DNA from: a virus
Taxonomy: Duplodnaviria > Heunggongvirae > Uroviricota > Caudoviricetes
Direction: 5' to 3' (one strand)
DNA length: 64,000 bases
Virus record (IMG/VR): IMGVR_UViG_3300035210_000151
The translations under genes were made by a program, and so were the position numbers. Positions 8,970 to 19,329 of the stretch are shown one piece after another; the first letter of the stretch is position 1, and each line of letters starts with the position of its first letter. Below the pieces are notes generated by a model that searched no databases, was not told where the DNA came from, and was given only the letters and a program-made list of their open reading frames with translations.

Positions 8970-9587
8970 ATGTCACTTGAAACATTCCTGATTGTTCTCT
9001 TTATAGGTTTACCTGTTTCTTTGTTTTGGAATTATAAGTTTGCGTCTCAATTCACTAATGCTTACTTGTATAGAAAGTTAGCTGGACAATCTATTCTGGT
9101 TGTATTAGCCTTTGCTGAATATTTTTATTTTAACTCACTGGCGATGGGTATCGTTTTTACGTGTTTTATTGCTTGGGAGTTATTACAACTCATTATTGTG
9201 TTAAGTATTATTGGCTTTATTGCTTTTACAAAAAAACTTGATAAAAGAGAGTATGCAACGTTTGCCTTGTTTTTTACTCGTTTTAAAATGAGAACACTTT
9301 TTAAATCAGAAAATCCTAATATTTATTTCTTCAAGAATAATGGAGTGAATATTTACTTTGACGCCAATAGTGATGACTTTAAGTCTTTGTCAGAAGATTA
9401 CCTTAGTCGATTTAAAAACAACATCAAAGAAGAAAAATCAAAAAGTGTTGCATTTGAACATTTCTTGATATTGAATTGTGATGATAACTACCTTTCGGTG
9501 TCTTCTGATGATTTGCAGTTACTGAATGTGGATATATTCAACATAGATAGAAATCATTTTGATGTTTTGCGGATGTTGAAAATATAA
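8970..9587 (+). CDS. Membrane protein, paralog 2 of 3, C-terminal tag VLRMLKI
   Basis: Aligns by eye with 8329..8949 over its full length. Confidence 0.8.
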   Translation: MSLETFLIVLFIGLPVSLFWNYKFASQFTNAYLYRKLAGQSILVVLAFAEYFYFNSLAMGIVFTCFIAWELLQLIIVLSIIGFIAFTKKLDKREYATFALFFTRFKMRTLFKSENPNIYFFKNNGVNIYFDANSDDFKSLSEDYLSRFKNNIKEEKSKSVAFEHFLILNCDDNYLSVSSDDLQLLNVDIFNIDRNHFDVLRMLKI

Positions 9588-9660
9588 TATGATACTTTAA
9601 CACTGGTTTATGTGGCTGATATTTGTTATAATAAGGCTACTTATCTCAGGGGGTATTTTG

Positions 9661-10284
9661 ATGACATTTTCATTTATGGCAGCTATTGCAGTCATTGTTC
9701 AATTTCTAGTTGGTGTTTTGGAATACAAATATCCGAAGTCATTAACGCATGGACGAATGATCAAAAGGCTTATACCGCTGGCGTTTCTTTCTGTTTTGGC
9801 GTTTATGGAATATGTATTGACTGGGTACCATTATTTCACTTACTTCTTGGGTGCCTGTCTTGGCTTTATGTTTATTGCTACGCTGGGTGATGTGTGTAAA
9901 TATTTTTATATGCTTAATGCTAAAAGAAAAACTGATTTCAATGAGAATACAACAGATGCACTATTCTACTTGAATTGGAAGATTAAAAATTTCTGTTCAA
10001 CCGACCAAGTATCTAGAACGTTTTTCTTCAAACAAGATGGTCTTACTGTTTTTTTTGGAGAACCTGATTCTTCATTTGAAGCAATGGATAAAACAAAATT
10101 GCAATTGTTTAAAGACAGTCTTACACAATCAACGATGGGTCACATTAAATTTGGTGGATTTTTAGTTATCAAAAATAAAGATGATTATATCTCATTGTCG
10201 TCTGATGAATTTAAAATGCTCAACGTGCCAATTACAAAAATTAATCAAGATATTTTTAAAGCGATTGAAATGCTGAAAATTTGA
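9661..10284 (+). CDS. Membrane protein, paralog 3 of 3, C-terminal tag AIEMLKI
   Basis: Start reassigned to ATG 9661 (AGGGGG RBS, TGTTATAAT upstream); shared FFFKQDGLTVFF...LSSDEF domain. Confidence 0.8.
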   Translation: MTFSFMAAIAVIVQFLVGVLEYKYPKSLTHGRMIKRLIPLAFLSVLAFMEYVLTGYHYFTYFLGACLGFMFIATLGDVCKYFYMLNAKRKTDFNENTTDALFYLNWKIKNFCSTDQVSRTFFFKQDGLTVFFGEPDSSFEAMDKTKLQLFKDSLTQSTMGHIKFGGFLVIKNKDDYISLSSDEFKMLNVPITKINQDIFKAIEMLKI

Positions 10285-10358
10285 ATTTATTTTCAAAATA
10301 ACCTTCAGTTCTACATTTAATTATGGTATAATATTAAGATTAACTTTTGGGGTGTCTT

Positions 10359-10919
10359 ATGTTTGAAGCAGAAGAAATAGGCGAAAAAATCATGCTCGAA
10401 AAAGCTTCAGAGATCTCCGAAATTCGTGGTTTTTCTGGTGATTTTAGATGGTTATCTAACTTTTTCCCTATTGAACCCTTTGAATATGATGGTATCCAAT
10501 ACTTCACCACTGAAAACTATTATCAAGCCATGAAGACCAAAGATAAGGAAGAACGTAAACTTATTGCTGCTATGACACCCAACAAATCAAAACGTTATGC
10601 ATCGTCTCACAACTTGAAGTTTGTGGTTCGTGATGATTGGGATTACATTAAGCTTGAAGTTATGGAGTTTGCACTTCGTCGTAAGTTCTCACAACCTAAG
10701 TTTAAAGAATTCTTGTTGGCTACTCGTGATATCTTCATTGAAGAAACGAACAGTTGGGGTGATGTTTTCTGGGGTGCTTTGCCATCCGGCGAAGGTTTTA
10801 ACAACCTTGGGCTTATCATTATGAAACTACGCCAAGAACTTCGTGATGGAAAAGACCTGCTTGATTACAAACCAGAGATTGCTAAGCTGTTAAAAAAAAA
10901 GTCAAAATCCCAACCATAG
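10359..10919 (+). CDS. NADAR (YbiA/DUF1768) family protein
   Basis: WLSNFF, TTENYYQAMK, W..IK..VM...KFSQ, DVFWG...GxNxLG..IM..R motifs. Confidence 0.9.
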   Translation: MFEAEEIGEKIMLEKASEISEIRGFSGDFRWLSNFFPIEPFEYDGIQYFTTENYYQAMKTKDKEERKLIAAMTPNKSKRYASSHNLKFVVRDDWDYIKLEVMEFALRRKFSQPKFKEFLLATRDIFIEETNSWGDVFWGALPSGEGFNNLGLIIMKLRQELRDGKDLLDYKPEIAKLLKKKSKSQP

Positions 10920-10921
10920 CA

Positions 10922-11227
10922 GTGAATAAAAAGCTTGAACCCTTTGATGTGTATATTGGAAGGGGATCTAAATTTGGAAACCCATTCAGTATTTACACAG
11001 GTGAGTATACGCTTGAACAATCTATGTTTACATTTGAATACGAAATATCCAAAAAGCTTATTCTTGATAAAGAATTTAGAGCTGATGTTTTAGCCTTACG
11101 TGGTAAAAGACTAGGCTGCACTTGTAAAAAATGTCGTTCAGACCAAGACGCTTTTGCAACAGACTTAACAGACTGTCATGGTGAGTTCTATGCCAACTTT
11201 CTTAATTCTCTTGAAGGTCTTGTTTAA
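10922..11227 (+). CDS. DUF4326 family protein
   Basis: DVYIGRGSKFGNPF, LRGKRLGCTCK, CHG motifs. Confidence 0.85.
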   Translation: MNKKLEPFDVYIGRGSKFGNPFSIYTGEYTLEQSMFTFEYEISKKLILDKEFRADVLALRGKRLGCTCKKCRSDQDAFATDLTDCHGEFYANFLNSLEGLV

Positions 11228-11351
11228 AGACAGCTATGTTGACAACAATCCTTGATTTTGATAACATAACTGTTCGGAATGTAACTTAAAGCTTCATCAT
11301 CTGGTATTGATAATAGTTGATTGACACATTCCCACTCATTTTGGAGATATT

Positions 11352-12098
11352 ATGTCAGATCGCAACTTAGAATACCTTGTTAACTACATTGGCCCCGTTC
11401 TTTTTGTCAAAAAGAAAACCATTAAATACAAAGATAATAAGCGTGAAATCAATACATGTCCTAATAAGAAGTGCCCTGAGCATGGCAAAGAAGAATCATC
11501 AATACACAGTAATTATTGTGTGAAATGTGGACATGCAATAGACTATATCATGACAAATACTGGCAAACAATATGAAGTCTATCCTATCAGTCTGGATAAT
11601 TCATTCGATGAATACTATGTTCCTATAACACATAACCATTCTAATGGTGTTCATGCTTTTAATGAAGGTATTCAGTTGGCGAGTGATGAAGCCGTTTATG
11701 TTCCCTATTTCAAAGAAGATGAGTATAATTATGGTATTCTGGCTCATGTTGAACTCGGTCAGTATTGTCAAAATAAAGCATGTGAAGAATTTGATGAATG
11801 TGTTCCATTTGAGCATGTCTACTGTGGAGAATGTGGTAAAAAGAATAAAACACACAATGACAAAGATATTTACAGTGTTTTCGATAAGAAAAAAGCGAAG
11901 AAAATTCTTAAAGAATATGACCTTCAAACCAACTTATCGACTTGTGTATTTATTGCTCATTCTGATTTTGATGAATTTGTTGAGAAATTCGAAGAATCAA
12001 AACAATGTGAAAAAGGTATTAAAACGATTGAAAAAGCATATGGCAAAGGTTCCGCCATTGTGAGATTAGCTTATGTTCAATATCACCAAAATTATTAA
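11352..12098 (+). CDS. Double zinc-ribbon-containing hypothetical protein
   Basis: CPNKKC...CVKCGH and CQNKAC...CGECG clusters. Confidence 0.7.
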   Translation: MSDRNLEYLVNYIGPVLFVKKKTIKYKDNKREINTCPNKKCPEHGKEESSIHSNYCVKCGHAIDYIMTNTGKQYEVYPISLDNSFDEYYVPITHNHSNGVHAFNEGIQLASDEAVYVPYFKEDEYNYGILAHVELGQYCQNKACEEFDECVPFEHVYCGECGKKNKTHNDKDIYSVFDKKKAKKILKEYDLQTNLSTCVFIAHSDFDEFVEKFEESKQCEKGIKTIEKAYGKGSAIVRLAYVQYHQNY

Positions 12099-12192
12099 AA
12101 CAGTATTCAATATAGATTATTATTAAAAAAGTATTGATATCCTAGTATTAAATGTTATAATAATTGGCTACAAACACAACCAAGGAGTTTAT

Positions 12193-12429
12193 ATGCAGCA
12201 ACCAATTCTAATTCAAGAAGTATCTTATACAGGCTCCGTTGTTGATGGGAACGAAGCACCACAATATAAAGTCGATAATTTCGTAAACATTTACCTTGTT
12301 GAGCGTGTCCGACCTACTAAAAATCAAGAAGTAATGGCAGTTACGGTGACTGGTAAGGTTTCTTATGTTCTTCGTAAGGATATCGAACAGTATCTACCCG
12401 ATGAACAAGACACGCCTGTCACGGTTTAA
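12193..12429 (+). CDS. Hypothetical protein
   Basis: AAGGAG RBS, TGTTATAAT promoter. Confidence 0.75.
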   Translation: MQQPILIQEVSYTGSVVDGNEAPQYKVDNFVNIYLVERVRPTKNQEVMAVTVTGKVSYVLRKDIEQYLPDEQDTPVTV

Positions 12430-12504
12430 GCTTACAGTTTAAATCTTTCATATTTTTATTGTTTGTGTTATAATGCCTGTATAAGATATAGAAGGTTGAA
12501 TTTA

Positions 12505-13512
12505 ATGTTATTATATAGGCTAGACGCAATTAGAAACTACGTTGTTTCTAAATACAATAAACCCTACATTACTACGGAAGCTAGGAAAGAAGTCTCTGAC
12601 TTCTTTTCTCCTAGTTACATGGTTGATCGTTATGAAATGAAAGAAATGTTTTTCGAAAATCATTACATGACCTCATTCCTTGTCAATGAAGATGACATGA
12701 TGAAACACGTCTTGAATTTTAACCTTAAATTCAATCAAAATGTCGCTGCCCATAAAGTCATGAAGTTTGCTGATGAATTTCAACCTGAACAATATCATGT
12801 CTATAAAGTCGATAGCTATCCTGTTAACTACAACGAAATTGTTGAAAACCATTACATGAATGAAAGCATTCAACATTTGATTACGTTGAAAAAAGAAGCA
12901 GTGCGTATTGATAAAGAACGTAAATCTTATTTCAATTCCATTATGATGGACGACTTCCCAACCGACATTAAAACCAGTAAAGTTCTTTCACTGGACTTTG
13001 AGTATGACCAAGACCAGATTTATGAGCTTGGACTCAGTGTGTCTGACAATGGGGTTATATTTGACAAGTATCTGATTACTAACCTTAAAACAGGTAGCCG
13101 TGATAATCAGTTTCAATTTCAATTTGGTGAAACCAATATTGTACCTATACATACAATGGTGAATACACTGACACAATATCTATCTCAGGCTGATTACTTG
13201 CTTCTTCATGGTGGCTATAATGATATTGCTCTCTTAAATCGTTTTAATATTAAACTGGAAGATTTTCCAAATATTAAAGTGTTGGATACTTATCATTTCT
13301 ATCCTAAGTATTTCAATAATAACAGCCAAGATAATTCCACCTTGTTGGATATCTTAAATCGTTTCAGTGTTGATTATAAGCATTTGCATAATGCGGGTAA
13401 TGATGCTCACTACACTTTAGAACTTTTAATGAAGATGGATCACGCCATTGAAAATGGATTAACTGTTTCAAATCATCGAGCAAAAAAGGTTAAAAGCTCA
13501 AATCAAATGTAA
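12505..13512 (+). CDS. DEDDh 3'-5' exonuclease (Gfd2/YDR514C-like) with N-terminal extension, paralog 1
   Basis: ExoI SLDFEY, ExoII HGGYND, ExoIII HNAGNDA; FQFGE motif. Confidence 0.85.
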   Translation: MLLYRLDAIRNYVVSKYNKPYITTEARKEVSDFFSPSYMVDRYEMKEMFFENHYMTSFLVNEDDMMKHVLNFNLKFNQNVAAHKVMKFADEFQPEQYHVYKVDSYPVNYNEIVENHYMNESIQHLITLKKEAVRIDKERKSYFNSIMMDDFPTDIKTSKVLSLDFEYDQDQIYELGLSVSDNGVIFDKYLITNLKTGSRDNQFQFQFGETNIVPIHTMVNTLTQYLSQADYLLLHGGYNDIALLNRFNIKLEDFPNIKVLDTYHFYPKYFNNNSQDNSTLLDILNRFSVDYKHLHNAGNDAHYTLELLMKMDHAIENGLTVSNHRAKKVKSSNQM

Positions 13513-13577
13513 ATTAAGGTTGTAATTAATTGATAAGTTTAGTATAATAATACTATCCAGTTTAAGAAAAATTAATT

Positions 13578-14555
13578 ATGAACCTATATCGAATTTACTC
13601 AATCAAAGATGTCTTTATGAAGCAGTTCTCTCCTGATCTTAGGAAAATTGCTGCTCCATTTTTTCATCTGCAAAGTCTCTTTTCAAATCTTCACATTGAA
13701 AATTTGTATATGAGCACACACCACATCAATTCTATTTTGATTGACGAAGATGGCTTGTCAAAAATTCAGTTGTTTTCTAAAATGAAATTTGGCAAACATA
13801 CGAGTCTTGCTGAGATCTCAAAAGAAGCTTGTGTTTATAATGAGGATGAATTTACAAAATTCAAAATCAATAACCCACACGATGTGACGGCTATTATTAA
13901 AGACCATATGCGTCAAGACCATATTCAGAAAATTATTCGATTGAAAAAAGAATCGCTTCGGGAAGCTGCAGTTAAAAAAGAAATCTTGCGTTCACGTATT
14001 CATAATGATTATGACAAAAGTTTTCACAAGAAGAAAACAGTCTCTATTGATTTTGAATACATCAATCTTGATATTTTTGAGTTGGGTATTTCCGTCTATG
14101 AGAATGGTAAACAATCAAGCTATCATTATTTGATTAAAGAAAACTATGTCAAAAAGAAAACTAAACCAGAATTGCAATTTATGTTTAATTTTGGAGACAC
14201 TACTATTATTCCAGAAGCTTCTATTGCTTCCGTGATTAAAGAGCATCTGGTAGAGGCTGATTATCTTTTGCTTCATGGTCACAGTAATGATTATTTAATT
14301 CTCAGAAAATACGGTCTGGATATGGAAAAAGAAGAAAAGATGAAAATCATGGACACTATTCTTTATTACAAGAAGTTCTTTAATCCAGAGCAAGGTGACG
14401 CTCTTACATTGAAACGTATGTTGCATGTTTTTGATATTGAGCCATCCAATATGCATAACAGTGGTAATGATGCTGACTTCACATTAAAACTGTTTTCTGA
14501 AATGCATAATCGCTGCGATAAAAGGATGAAGATGTTAATGAAATCTGTTGCTTAA
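13578..14555 (+). CDS. DEDDh 3'-5' exonuclease, paralog 2
   Basis: SIDFEY, HGHSND, HNSGNDA. Confidence 0.85.
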   Translation: MNLYRIYSIKDVFMKQFSPDLRKIAAPFFHLQSLFSNLHIENLYMSTHHINSILIDEDGLSKIQLFSKMKFGKHTSLAEISKEACVYNEDEFTKFKINNPHDVTAIIKDHMRQDHIQKIIRLKKESLREAAVKKEILRSRIHNDYDKSFHKKKTVSIDFEYINLDIFELGISVYENGKQSSYHYLIKENYVKKKTKPELQFMFNFGDTTIIPEASIASVIKEHLVEADYLLLHGHSNDYLILRKYGLDMEKEEKMKIMDTILYYKKFFNPEQGDALTLKRMLHVFDIEPSNMHNSGNDADFTLKLFSEMHNRCDKRMKMLMKSVA

Positions 14556-14604
14556 ATAGTCTAATTTTGATATAATACTAACACAAATTTTGGAGATTAG
14601 TATT

Positions 14605-14997
14605 ATGTCAATTTTAAAAGATTCACTTAAAACCGCCCTGTTTAGTAAACCTATGGCAATCCTTGCTGTCATGATACTTATCTTCTTTGGAGCCGTGGGT
14701 TATTTTATTGGTTATCTTGCTACTTATAAAGAAACCATTGTTTCAACCACGCCTGTTGAACTTAATATTATTAAAGTAATGAAGCAAAACGTTGATGGTA
14801 AATATAATGTTTACTATCGTTATAAAGACAATGAAACGACTTATGCAATTAAATTATCATCTTGTGTTATCAAACCAAAACTTGACGGCACTGTTGTAAA
14901 GGCTGAAAACATTCAATACACTTATTCTACTGTCTTTAATGATGGAGCTGACAGTCGTTTATCTAAGCCTAGTCAAATCTTTTGCGTGCAGAAGTAA
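14605..14997 (+). CDS. Single-TM anchored hypothetical protein
   Basis: One N-terminal hydrophobic helix; GGAG RBS. Confidence 0.7.
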   Translation: MSILKDSLKTALFSKPMAILAVMILIFFGAVGYFIGYLATYKETIVSTTPVELNIIKVMKQNVDGKYNVYYRYKDNETTYAIKLSSCVIKPKLDGTVVKAENIQYTYSTVFNDGADSRLSKPSQIFCVQK

Positions 14998-15007
14998 GGA
15001 TAATTAT

Positions 15008-15490
15008 ATGATTTATCAATTTCCTGATTTTAAAGTCATTGCTCAACATAGAAACCTATTGAAAAATTCAACAGTGATTGGCAATCGTATTAAAATGTTT
15101 GAAGAACATGCTGACCGTACTATTTTTTCTGCTTGTCACTCTAATGACGGCTCAAAACTATCAGCCGAAAAACGTAAAGAAATTTTATCTTATCTTAATG
15201 AACCTACTCATGAGAAATGGGATAAGATTTATAAATTTCAGATGTTCCCAAATAAATCATTGTGGGACAGTTGGAACAAAGTATCGACTGATGTAGTGAC
15301 TTTTGTTGTGGATATTGAGAATGCTTATGCCAAATGGCGAAGAATTCCAACACCAGAAGAACTTGTTTTAGGCATTGCCGCCATTAAGAAAAATGAACTT
15401 GAAAAGCTTGTTAATATTAAGATTGCACTTGACAATAACACCCTTGATTTAGAGTTCAAATTCAAGAATTATCTGTTGAAATATGCTTGA
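15008..15490 (+). CDS. Hypothetical protein
   Basis: AAGGA RBS before ATG 15008; Trp-rich PT..KW...SLW motif. Confidence 0.7.
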   Translation: MIYQFPDFKVIAQHRNLLKNSTVIGNRIKMFEEHADRTIFSACHSNDGSKLSAEKRKEILSYLNEPTHEKWDKIYKFQMFPNKSLWDSWNKVSTDVVTFVVDIENAYAKWRRIPTPEELVLGIAAIKKNELEKLVNIKIALDNNTLDLEFKFKNYLLKYA

Positions 15491-15538
15491 TTTTTAGTGT
15501 ACTTTATGGTATTATTTGTGAAATCTTGGAGAAACAAC

Positions 15539-16066
15539 ATGAAGCAAACTCTTATATTTTTAATCGCTATTTTTTCAGGCTTTTCATATGCAAATCCTGT
15601 TATGACTGATGCTGAAAAACTGGGTGGTGTTAAATATTTGGTCAATGATGGCACTTTAGTTGCTGAATTTGATTATGTTAATCCAGAACAGTTAAAAGTC
15701 TTTGAAGACTATGACTTCACTGTAGAAAGTGCCCCTTGCACTGTGTTGGGTGATTACTACTCTCCTGCTGATGATAATAATACCGTTTACACTGTTAAAG
15801 TGGAAAGTAAAGATTTTAGATTCATGTGCCGTGCTGTTGTCGGTATGAAGGAGAATGAGCGTAGACTTTACATGGTGGGTTCTGTGTATGACTGTATGAG
15901 CCGTCCTTTTGATTTTAGTCAATCAACACTGGAAGACTACAAGCATTTTGGTTCTATGTGTGAAGACTCTAACCGTTCGAAATATATCAAGACAGTTGAC
16001 TATTCATACCTTGAATTATTCCATCCTGAAAAATACTTTAAAATAATCGCTTTTAACACAAAATAA
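15539..16066 (+). CDS. Exported hypothetical protein (signal peptide)
   Basis: MKQTLIFLIAIFSGFSYA signal peptide, four Cys. Confidence 0.75.
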   Translation: MKQTLIFLIAIFSGFSYANPVMTDAEKLGGVKYLVNDGTLVAEFDYVNPEQLKVFEDYDFTVESAPCTVLGDYYSPADDNNTVYTVKVESKDFRFMCRAVVGMKENERRLYMVGSVYDCMSRPFDFSQSTLEDYKHFGSMCEDSNRSKYIKTVDYSYLELFHPEKYFKIIAFNTK

Positions 16067-16192
16067 AACCTGCAATGCAGGTTTTGTTATATCTTATCTG
16101 CCAAAAATTTACACAAACCTTTCACTTCTACCACTTCCGTTTGTCGTTTTTCCTGCTATTATAACTAATAAGACAATTTAGGAGTTATATTT

Positions 16193-16576
16193 ATGAAAAA
16201 AATAACATTATCAATTATCATTGCTTCATTACTTCCGTTCTCTATGGCTATGGCTGGGACAACAGATGTGAAGACAGACGGTGGTGGTGATAGAGCCGAA
16301 ATGAGAGCTAAGCACGAAGCAAAATTTGCAGAAGAACTTGGTTTGACTGATGCTCAGAAAGCTAAGTTGGCTGAAATAAAAGCAAAAGGACAGGCTAATA
16401 GAGAAGCCCAAAAAGCAGAGTTTGACGCAGTATTGACACCAGAACAAAAAGCTAAGATGGAAACGATGAAAAAGAACCACGAAGGTTTCAAAGGTCGTAA
16501 AGGTGGACATGAAGGCCATCTAAAACCAGCCACTGACAAAGTTGTTCCAGCCGTTCCAGTAGAACAAGCTAAGTAA
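16193..16576 (+). CDS. Spy/CpxP family periplasmic chaperone (LTxxQ)
   Basis: Signal peptide plus two LTxxQ motifs (LGLTDAQK, VLTPEQK). Confidence 0.85.
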   Translation: MKKITLSIIIASLLPFSMAMAGTTDVKTDGGGDRAEMRAKHEAKFAEELGLTDAQKAKLAEIKAKGQANREAQKAEFDAVLTPEQKAKMETMKKNHEGFKGRKGGHEGHLKPATDKVVPAVPVEQAK

Positions 16577-16596
16577 TCAACTACAGTTGTTATATT

Positions 16597-16620
16597 AAAA
16601 TAGCCTTCGGGCTATTTTTT
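16597..16620 (+). terminator. Intrinsic terminator
   Basis: AAAATAGCC-TTCG-GGCTATTTT. Confidence 0.85.
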
Positions 16621-16672
16621 GTTGCTTCAATTTTTTAAATGTAGTATACTCTTCAAATTATTAGGAGCCACA

Positions 16673-17332
16673 ATGCATATTCTTTTTAAAAAATTCTTTA
16701 ACCTTGATGACACAGTTCAATTTCCTGATGATATGGAAACTGGCTTTCAGTCTCTTACTGGCTTCGGTTCTATTAAGAAGAAGACCGCTAGCGACTCATT
16801 CATTATTAAAAAATGCGAAGATCCTTTAATTATTCGTCTTCACAATGAAGCGGTTGAAAGTTATCATCAGTTTGTCATCGCTTTTAATAGTAATTTCACT
16901 AATGGTTATACTCATCATAAGACATTTAAATTATTAAGGTCAAAAATTGACTTAGTTCGTGAAGAAATTGAATTTCAGTTTATTAACAAAAACAAGATTT
17001 TTGTTCTGTATTCAAACCATTTTGAATTTAAAGGTAAGAACGGACAAAAAGAAGTGGTGAGCATTTGTTACCGTATTCCTATTAATGAAAGAGAACCCTC
17101 AGAATGCACTGTTAAATTCGATTTAATTAAAGTGCCTTGTAACTACAACTATTATTCAGAGTCGGCTCTTGATTTCAAATACACAGGAAAGTATTATTCA
17201 ACTAATCTGTTGACTATTGTGTTTATTGCCAATAATTTCCGCAAACAGATTGAAGAACAGTTCGAAAGCATTGATAAGTTTGTTGAGAATTTTGATGATA
17301 ATATTAAAATACTCACAATGTTAGTATTTTAA
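16673..17332 (+). CDS. Hypothetical protein, C-terminal tag ILTMLVF
   Basis: AGGAG RBS before ATG 16673. Confidence 0.75.
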   Translation: MHILFKKFFNLDDTVQFPDDMETGFQSLTGFGSIKKKTASDSFIIKKCEDPLIIRLHNEAVESYHQFVIAFNSNFTNGYTHHKTFKLLRSKIDLVREEIEFQFINKNKIFVLYSNHFEFKGKNGQKEVVSICYRIPINEREPSECTVKFDLIKVPCNYNYYSESALDFKYTGKYYSTNLLTIVFIANNFRKQIEEQFESIDKFVENFDDNIKILTMLVF

Positions 17333-17394
17333 ACATCAATTATTGACTATTTGTTTTTATAGTAGATAATATTTCTACTATTTTAGGAGCTGCT

Positions 17395-17919
17395 ATGAAG
17401 ACAGAAAATGATTTACAAGAATTGATGGATTCCATAATTAAAAACATACAAATAAAAGACAAAAAAGAAATCATTCACAGTAAGTTTGAAAGTGATTATG
17501 ATGACATTACATTTGAAGGTCATCAGAAATTATTCAATTATGATTATCCTGTAAAGTATCCATTTAGTGCATTGAAAGTGAACAATACAGTTGAAAACCA
17601 AATAATTGTTGAATACTTACATATTATCCCGAAAAGAGTCTTTAATGTAGAAAGTGTAGATTATAAATCTTTAATTGATTTAACAAGAAAGTTAAAACAT
17701 TCAGAAAAAAGAGAAGATTTAATTGTGATTTTAAACTTTTTAAAGCATGAAAACTTTACAGCCATTCAACCAGAAATGAGTGATGATGGATGGTTTATTA
17801 AATTTTTGTTCCGTAAAGATGAGTTCACTGTAAGAATGAACATAAAAGCAATATTTTATGACACTTGTGGATGGGATGTTGTTAAAATTTCAAGCAATTC
17901 TTTGATGGGAACTAATTAA
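17395..17919 (+). CDS. Hypothetical protein
   Basis: AGGAG RBS, 174 aa. Confidence 0.7.
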   Translation: MKTENDLQELMDSIIKNIQIKDKKEIIHSKFESDYDDITFEGHQKLFNYDYPVKYPFSALKVNNTVENQIIVEYLHIIPKRVFNVESVDYKSLIDLTRKLKHSEKREDLIVILNFLKHENFTAIQPEMSDDGWFIKFLFRKDEFTVRMNIKAIFYDTCGWDVVKISSNSLMGTN

Positions 17920-18004
17920 TTAAATCTCTTTATATCAATAATATTTGACCAAAAGCCATGATATGTAGTATAATACTCACTATTAAATCATATGAGACAA
18001 TATC

Positions 18005-18559
18005 ATGAACACACAAATTGCAGCGATTGCCAAATATTTCGGAGTGCCCGATTACACCATTGATAATTACTGTGGTATTGTCGGGGATATGAAAGTCAAA
18101 CTGTCTCGCTATGAAGATTCTGTGGTTGTTTTCAAATATTCACAAAAAGCGAACCCTGTTAAAAAAATGATTGCTGATCACCAAGACGCAGTTTTAAATA
18201 CGCTTGATGGTTTGTTTGCTTTTGATAAAAAGACATTTCTTCAAAAATACAGCATTACTCACTATATTGCTGTGGATAAAAAGAATGACAACAAAGTTTC
18301 TTTTTATACTACCTACACTAAAAAGACCAATGAACAATTCCCACTGGATATCCAAGTCTTCGGTAAAAATCAATTTTACGAAGTCAATTTCATTGTGGTG
18401 TCTAAGGATGATGAATTTTATATCTCTGGACTGGGTGATAAACACGTTGTCAACCTTAAAGAATATTTCTTGCTTAAAAATTGCCATTATGACATTAAAA
18501 AAATGTTTGGCGATGTTGAAGAATTGAATAAAGATCTTATCGACATGTGTTTTATTTAA
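18005..18559 (+). CDS. Hypothetical protein, C-terminal tag LIDMCFI
   Basis: TATAAT promoter, 184 aa. Confidence 0.75.
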   Translation: MNTQIAAIAKYFGVPDYTIDNYCGIVGDMKVKLSRYEDSVVVFKYSQKANPVKKMIADHQDAVLNTLDGLFAFDKKTFLQKYSITHYIAVDKKNDNKVSFYTTYTKKTNEQFPLDIQVFGKNQFYEVNFIVVSKDDEFYISGLGDKHVVNLKEYFLLKNCHYDIKKMFGDVEELNKDLIDMCFI

Positions 18560-18626
18560 GTGTTGATTTACAAAGTGAATACTGTTATAATTACCACATT
18601 AACTAATAAACAATAGGAGATTTAAT

Positions 18627-18827
18627 ATGATTGAAGATAACCCTAAAATGACTCATAAGATGGGCAATGGCGATTTGGTTGCAAGTCTTGACTTTGTTGG
18701 TAAGATTTGTTGCCGTTATTTTGATGAAGGTAAGCCGATGTATGTCGCTCGCTCGCTTGATGGTAAAGACCAGCGTACCTTCGGTGATAAATCATCTTTC
18801 CGCCGCACATCCGCAGGTGCTTCATAA
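18627..18827 (+). CDS. Small hypothetical protein
   Basis: AGGAG RBS, TGTTATAAT promoter. Confidence 0.7.
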   Translation: MIEDNPKMTHKMGNGDLVASLDFVGKICCRYFDEGKPMYVARSLDGKDQRTFGDKSSFRRTSAGAS

Positions 18828-18838
18828 GGGGAAATGTT

Positions 18839-19066
18839 ATGATTTATTCGGTTAAGGTGAAACACCGCCGTTTTCTTGATGGTAAAGAAGCGGCCAAGCT
18901 GAAAAGCTTTGGTGTGAAGGTTGTTGAGAACAATCATGTTTATGATGAGCATTCCTCCCATTTTATCTCGAAAGTTGAAATGGATGATGGTAAGCTTCAA
19001 GAACTTGAAAGCACGTTCAAATGCACTGTTGATGGCGATGCAATCACAATTGATATGGAGAAGTAA
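18839..19066 (+). CDS. Small hypothetical protein
   Basis: AGGGG RBS, operon continuity. Confidence 0.65.
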   Translation: MIYSVKVKHRRFLDGKEAAKLKSFGVKVVENNHVYDEHSSHFISKVEMDDGKLQELESTFKCTVDGDAITIDMEK

Positions 19067-19068
19067 GT

Positions 19069-19329
19069 ATGTTGATGAAAGAAGGCGAAGATTATTCTAT
19101 TCATGGTATTCATATTGATAACGCCAAGGAACTTGTGGTTGTCAGTGATTTCCTCAGTTATTCAAAGCGTTGGCCTACAACGCTTGATTATAAAGGCAAA
19201 TCTTATTCATTCAATGGTATTTCACCACTTCCACAGTGTTATGTTGGTCATTATTTTTCGATGGCTCTGTATCTTGAAAAAGAAGCAGTTGCTGTAAATT
19301 CCACGGACACTGTATATGGAAAGCATTGA
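19069..19329 (+). CDS. Small hypothetical protein
   Basis: GGAG RBS, abuts the previous stop. Confidence 0.65.
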   Translation: MLMKEGEDYSIHGIHIDNAKELVVVSDFLSYSKRWPTTLDYKGKSYSFNGISPLPQCYVGHYFSMALYLEKEAVAVNSTDTVYGKH

